Below, piece after piece: positions 61,764 to 64,000 of a stretch of 64,000 nucleotides of DNA; positions within the stretch are counted from its first letter, which is position 1; every line of letters begins with the position of its first letter. The stretch lies in NCBI GenBank assembly GCA_963733295.1, contig CAVTCS010000003.1, positions 1,600,001 to 1,664,000 of the forward strand, in the 5' to 3' direction. The translations under genes and the position numbers were made by a program. The DNA is from Vulcanimicrobiota bacterium (GTDB taxonomy: Bacteria > Vulcanimicrobiota > Vulcanimicrobiia > Vulcanimicrobiales > Vulcanimicrobiaceae). The notes under the pieces were generated by a model, which worked only from the letters and a program-made list of their open reading frames with translations, had not been told where the DNA came from and ran no database searches.

Positions 61764-62585
61764 TTAGCTGCCGTCGTCGCCGTAGATGAGCGCGGTCTTC
61801 GTCGTGCCTTTGGTTAGCCAATCCCGCAGCGGCAGCTGGATCGCCTTGAAAAACTCATCGGCGGCGAGATCGGCTTCGTGTCCCTTCGCGTCGGCGACCG
61901 GGTGATACGACCAGCCGAACTCCGCGATGAGCGGGTCGAAGCGATCGGTCGTCGGCCGGGCCCAAAGCGCGAGCGTGGCGGTCGCCGTCGTGTGGTGACC
62001 AAAAAACAAGCTGCCGAGTTTCGCCTCTATTTCAAAGATCTTCGCACCGTTCACGATCGAGAGCTGCGCGTTTCCATCTAAGCCCAGCGTTTTCACGTGC
62101 GGGAACGAATCGGCCATTTTTTCCAAGGGAACCGTCGGATCCAGTGCGGGCGACTCGAGAATGCAGTTGTTGGAATAGATGCTCGTCATCGATCCTGGCG
62201 AATCGCCTCGCAGAATCTCTTCCTTGAATTTCTTCTTCTGCTGCGGAAACGTCGAAGAACTATCGAAGCTCGCTGCAGCCCCAAGTTCGGGAGCACGGCA
62301 TTTAAACGTAACTTCCCAGCTGTCGTCGGGCCAGCCGCCTTGCCGGACTTGACGAATTCGGAAGATCAGTTTGTTCTTTCGTAAGTCTTGGGAGGGCGTG
62401 TCATAAAACTGAACGATCCGCATCTGTGAGTCGAGCGAGTCGAACGGCTCGTACCGCACCCCAAGCCGGGCCGCGCTAGCCTCCACAAGCTCGTTGAGCT
62501 CGACGAGGGCCTTGCGATTGGGAAAACGCTCCGGTTTCAGCAGGAGCTTGAACTCGCGGTTGGTGATCGTCGCCGCCACTGCCAT
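61764..62585 (-). CDS. Hypothetical protein, CYTH-like superfamily candidate
   Basis: REFKLLL, FYDT, L...LIFRIR, VTFKCR, terminal TK. AAGGAG RBS. Confidence 0.6.
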   Translation of the reverse strand: MAVAATITNREFKLLLKPERFPNRKALVELNELVEASAARLGVRYEPFDSLDSQMRIVQFYDTPSQDLRKNKLIFRIRQVRQGGWPDDSWEVTFKCRAPELGAAASFDSSSTFPQQKKKFKEEILRGDSPGSMTSIYSNNCILESPALDPTVPLEKMADSFPHVKTLGLDGNAQLSIVNGAKIFEIEAKLGSLFFGHHTTATATLALWARPTTDRFDPLIAEFGWSYHPVADAKGHEADLAADEFFKAIQLPLRDWLTKGTTKTALIYGDDGS

Positions 62586-62669
62586 CTTTGACTCCTTACG
62601 TCAAGCCCTGGTGCGCCTCACTAGCATAGCTCTTGGCCGGGAGCAGACTATCCTTTCCCGACAATGTTC

Positions 62670-63191
62670 TCAGCTGGCGACCGGCGCGGGCTGGAAATCG
62701 CTCGCTCCAAGGGGGGCGACCGTGAACGCGGTTCCTTTTTCATAAACGACGTTCGTGCCGTAGCTCGCGTAACCGCCGACGGTCACGACGCCCTTGCCGA
62801 GCGAGATGGGCGCACCTTTCGCATCGTCGGATTTGGGCGGATCCGCGAGGCTAAAGTTCACGGGAATCGTGCGCCCGTCCGCAAGATCGAGGCTGCGCAT
62901 CGAGAGCACCAGCTTCCCAGCCTTCTGACCGCGTGCGGGTTGTGCGCTCTCGACGACGCCGTGGCCCTTCGTTCCGAGCGGCACGTCGATTTCTCCAACC
63001 TTGACTTCGCGCGTCGTCACGACGCCGAAGCGTTGCCCGCTTTGCGCATCTTGCGAGGAGAGACGTTCGGTCAGACGCACCGGAATCTGGACGCCGGTCG
63101 CATCGGGCGTGATATTGATTGCTCGCGCCTGTGCGGTCAAGAGCATCGACAACGCCGCCGCAAACGTAACATTGGCGAGAGCACGATTCAT
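62670..63191 (-). CDS. Secreted hypothetical protein (TrbI/VirB10-like beta pattern)
   Basis: Signal peptide; VRLTERLSS, VPLGTKGHGVV, LADGRTIP. ATG 63191. Confidence 0.65.
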   Translation of the reverse strand: MNRALANVTFAAALSMLLTAQARAINITPDATGVQIPVRLTERLSSQDAQSGQRFGVVTTREVKVGEIDVPLGTKGHGVVESAQPARGQKAGKLVLSMRSLDLADGRTIPVNFSLADPPKSDDAKGAPISLGKGVVTVGGYASYGTNVVYEKGTAFTVAPLGASDFQPAPVAS

Positions 63192-63383
63192 GAAGGGTTT
63201 TTTCAACCGTGCCCCGAGCGGCGCCTGGGTGGGTCTCGCCACGGATCCGAGCCGCCGGCAGGCGCGCCGGCCGGAGGCTGGGCGTTTGGCAAAGAAGGTC
63301 ACGCTCGTGCGGAATGCGGCGCTTCTTCAGCCCGTCCTTCGCCGCGCTTAGGGAGAACGAACGATGTCGAAGCGAGACAAATC

Positions 63384-64000
63384 ATGAGCGATGCCGCGAC
63401 GGTAGCGGAACGCCCGGCGCCTGCGGCCGGGTCCGTCTCCCTCGTGAAGATCTTCAGCGTCTTCCTTACGATCGGAGCGACGAGCTTTGGCGGAGGCGTC
63501 GTCGCGTACTTACGTAACAGCCTCGTGAAAAAGAACGGCTGGCTGAGCGACACGCAGTTCCTCGAATTGATGTCGATCAGCAACACGCTGCCCGGCCTCA
63601 ACGCGACGAACATGTCGATTCTTGCGGGCAACCGGTTACGCGGCTGGCCCGGCGCCGTCGCGGCGATGCTGGGAATGTGTCTCCCCGGCCTCGTCTTCAT
63701 GACGGTTGCCGGCATTCTGTATGGCGAGCATGGCGACCGGACGCTCGTGACGGCAGCGCTGAAAGGCGTCGCCGCGGCGGCTGTCGGCCTCATCGCGGCG
63801 ACGTGGTACCAACTCGGACGCAAGTCCGTGCGCGATTTCTTCGACGCCCTCATCATCGTTCTCGCGATCGTGGCGATCAACCAGTTCAAGCTTTCCGTTC
63901 CGATCGTCTTGCTCGGCGTCGGCGCGCTTGCGATCTTCCACCACCGCCCCGGTGGTGCAAAGCCGGAGTCGGAGGGCAAATGGATCAGCTCCCTGCAATA
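63384..64000 (+). CDS. Short-chain chromate transporter (CHR family), reaching the window edge
   Basis: IGATSFGGG, WLSDTQF, NTLPG. A second ATG at 63980 behind GGAGGG probably starts the partner subunit. Confidence 0.88.
   Translation, partial: MSDAATVAERPAPAAGSVSLVKIFSVFLTIGATSFGGGVVAYLRNSLVKKNGWLSDTQFLELMSISNTLPGLNATNMSILAGNRLRGWPGAVAAMLGMCLPGLVFMTVAGILYGEHGDRTLVTAALKGVAAAAVGLIAATWYQLGRKSVRDFFDALIIVLAIVAINQFKLSVPIVLLGVGALAIFHHRPGGAKPESEGKWISSLQ

Overview
Gene-dense, GC-rich bacterial chromosomal window with about 65 CDS. I recognised no rRNA, tRNA, CRISPR array, integrase or transposase. The gene content mixes Firmicutes-like synteny (topA-trmFO-hslVU, GerMN-amidase-murI), Actinobacteria-like fhaA-fhaB-pstP-rodA and outer-membrane beta-barrel-like proteins, suggesting a diderm Terrabacteria lineage such as Ca. 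Eremiobacterota/Vulcanimicrobiota (inference only). The left half (1-34.4 kb) is mostly minus-strand: POP peptidase, a GntR-ThDP lyase-ALDH module, the FHA/PP2C/RodA block, rsmB-fmt-def, hslU-M20-TPR-hslV-trmFO-topA, oppDF, secG, dxs, murI, amidase and GerMN. A K/R-rich histone-like gene diverges from topA. The right half is accessory. Most notable: (1) a SCO / lipoprotein / cupredoxin / TonB-receptor-like cluster beside an OmpR-type two-component operon, where three promoters share TTCAG-N6-TT(C/A)AT-N10-(-10 hexamer); (2) an IF-1 gene missed by the ORF track, with no ATG/GTG/TTG start, apparently using ATA coupled to a leaderless 8-codon uORF; (3) several other genes with no canonical start; (4) a membrane-anchored STAND/NB-ARC-like protein; (5) a beta-barrel + GDSL lipoprotein + LolA-like operon. 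All calls come from reading motifs by eye; no database searches were run.
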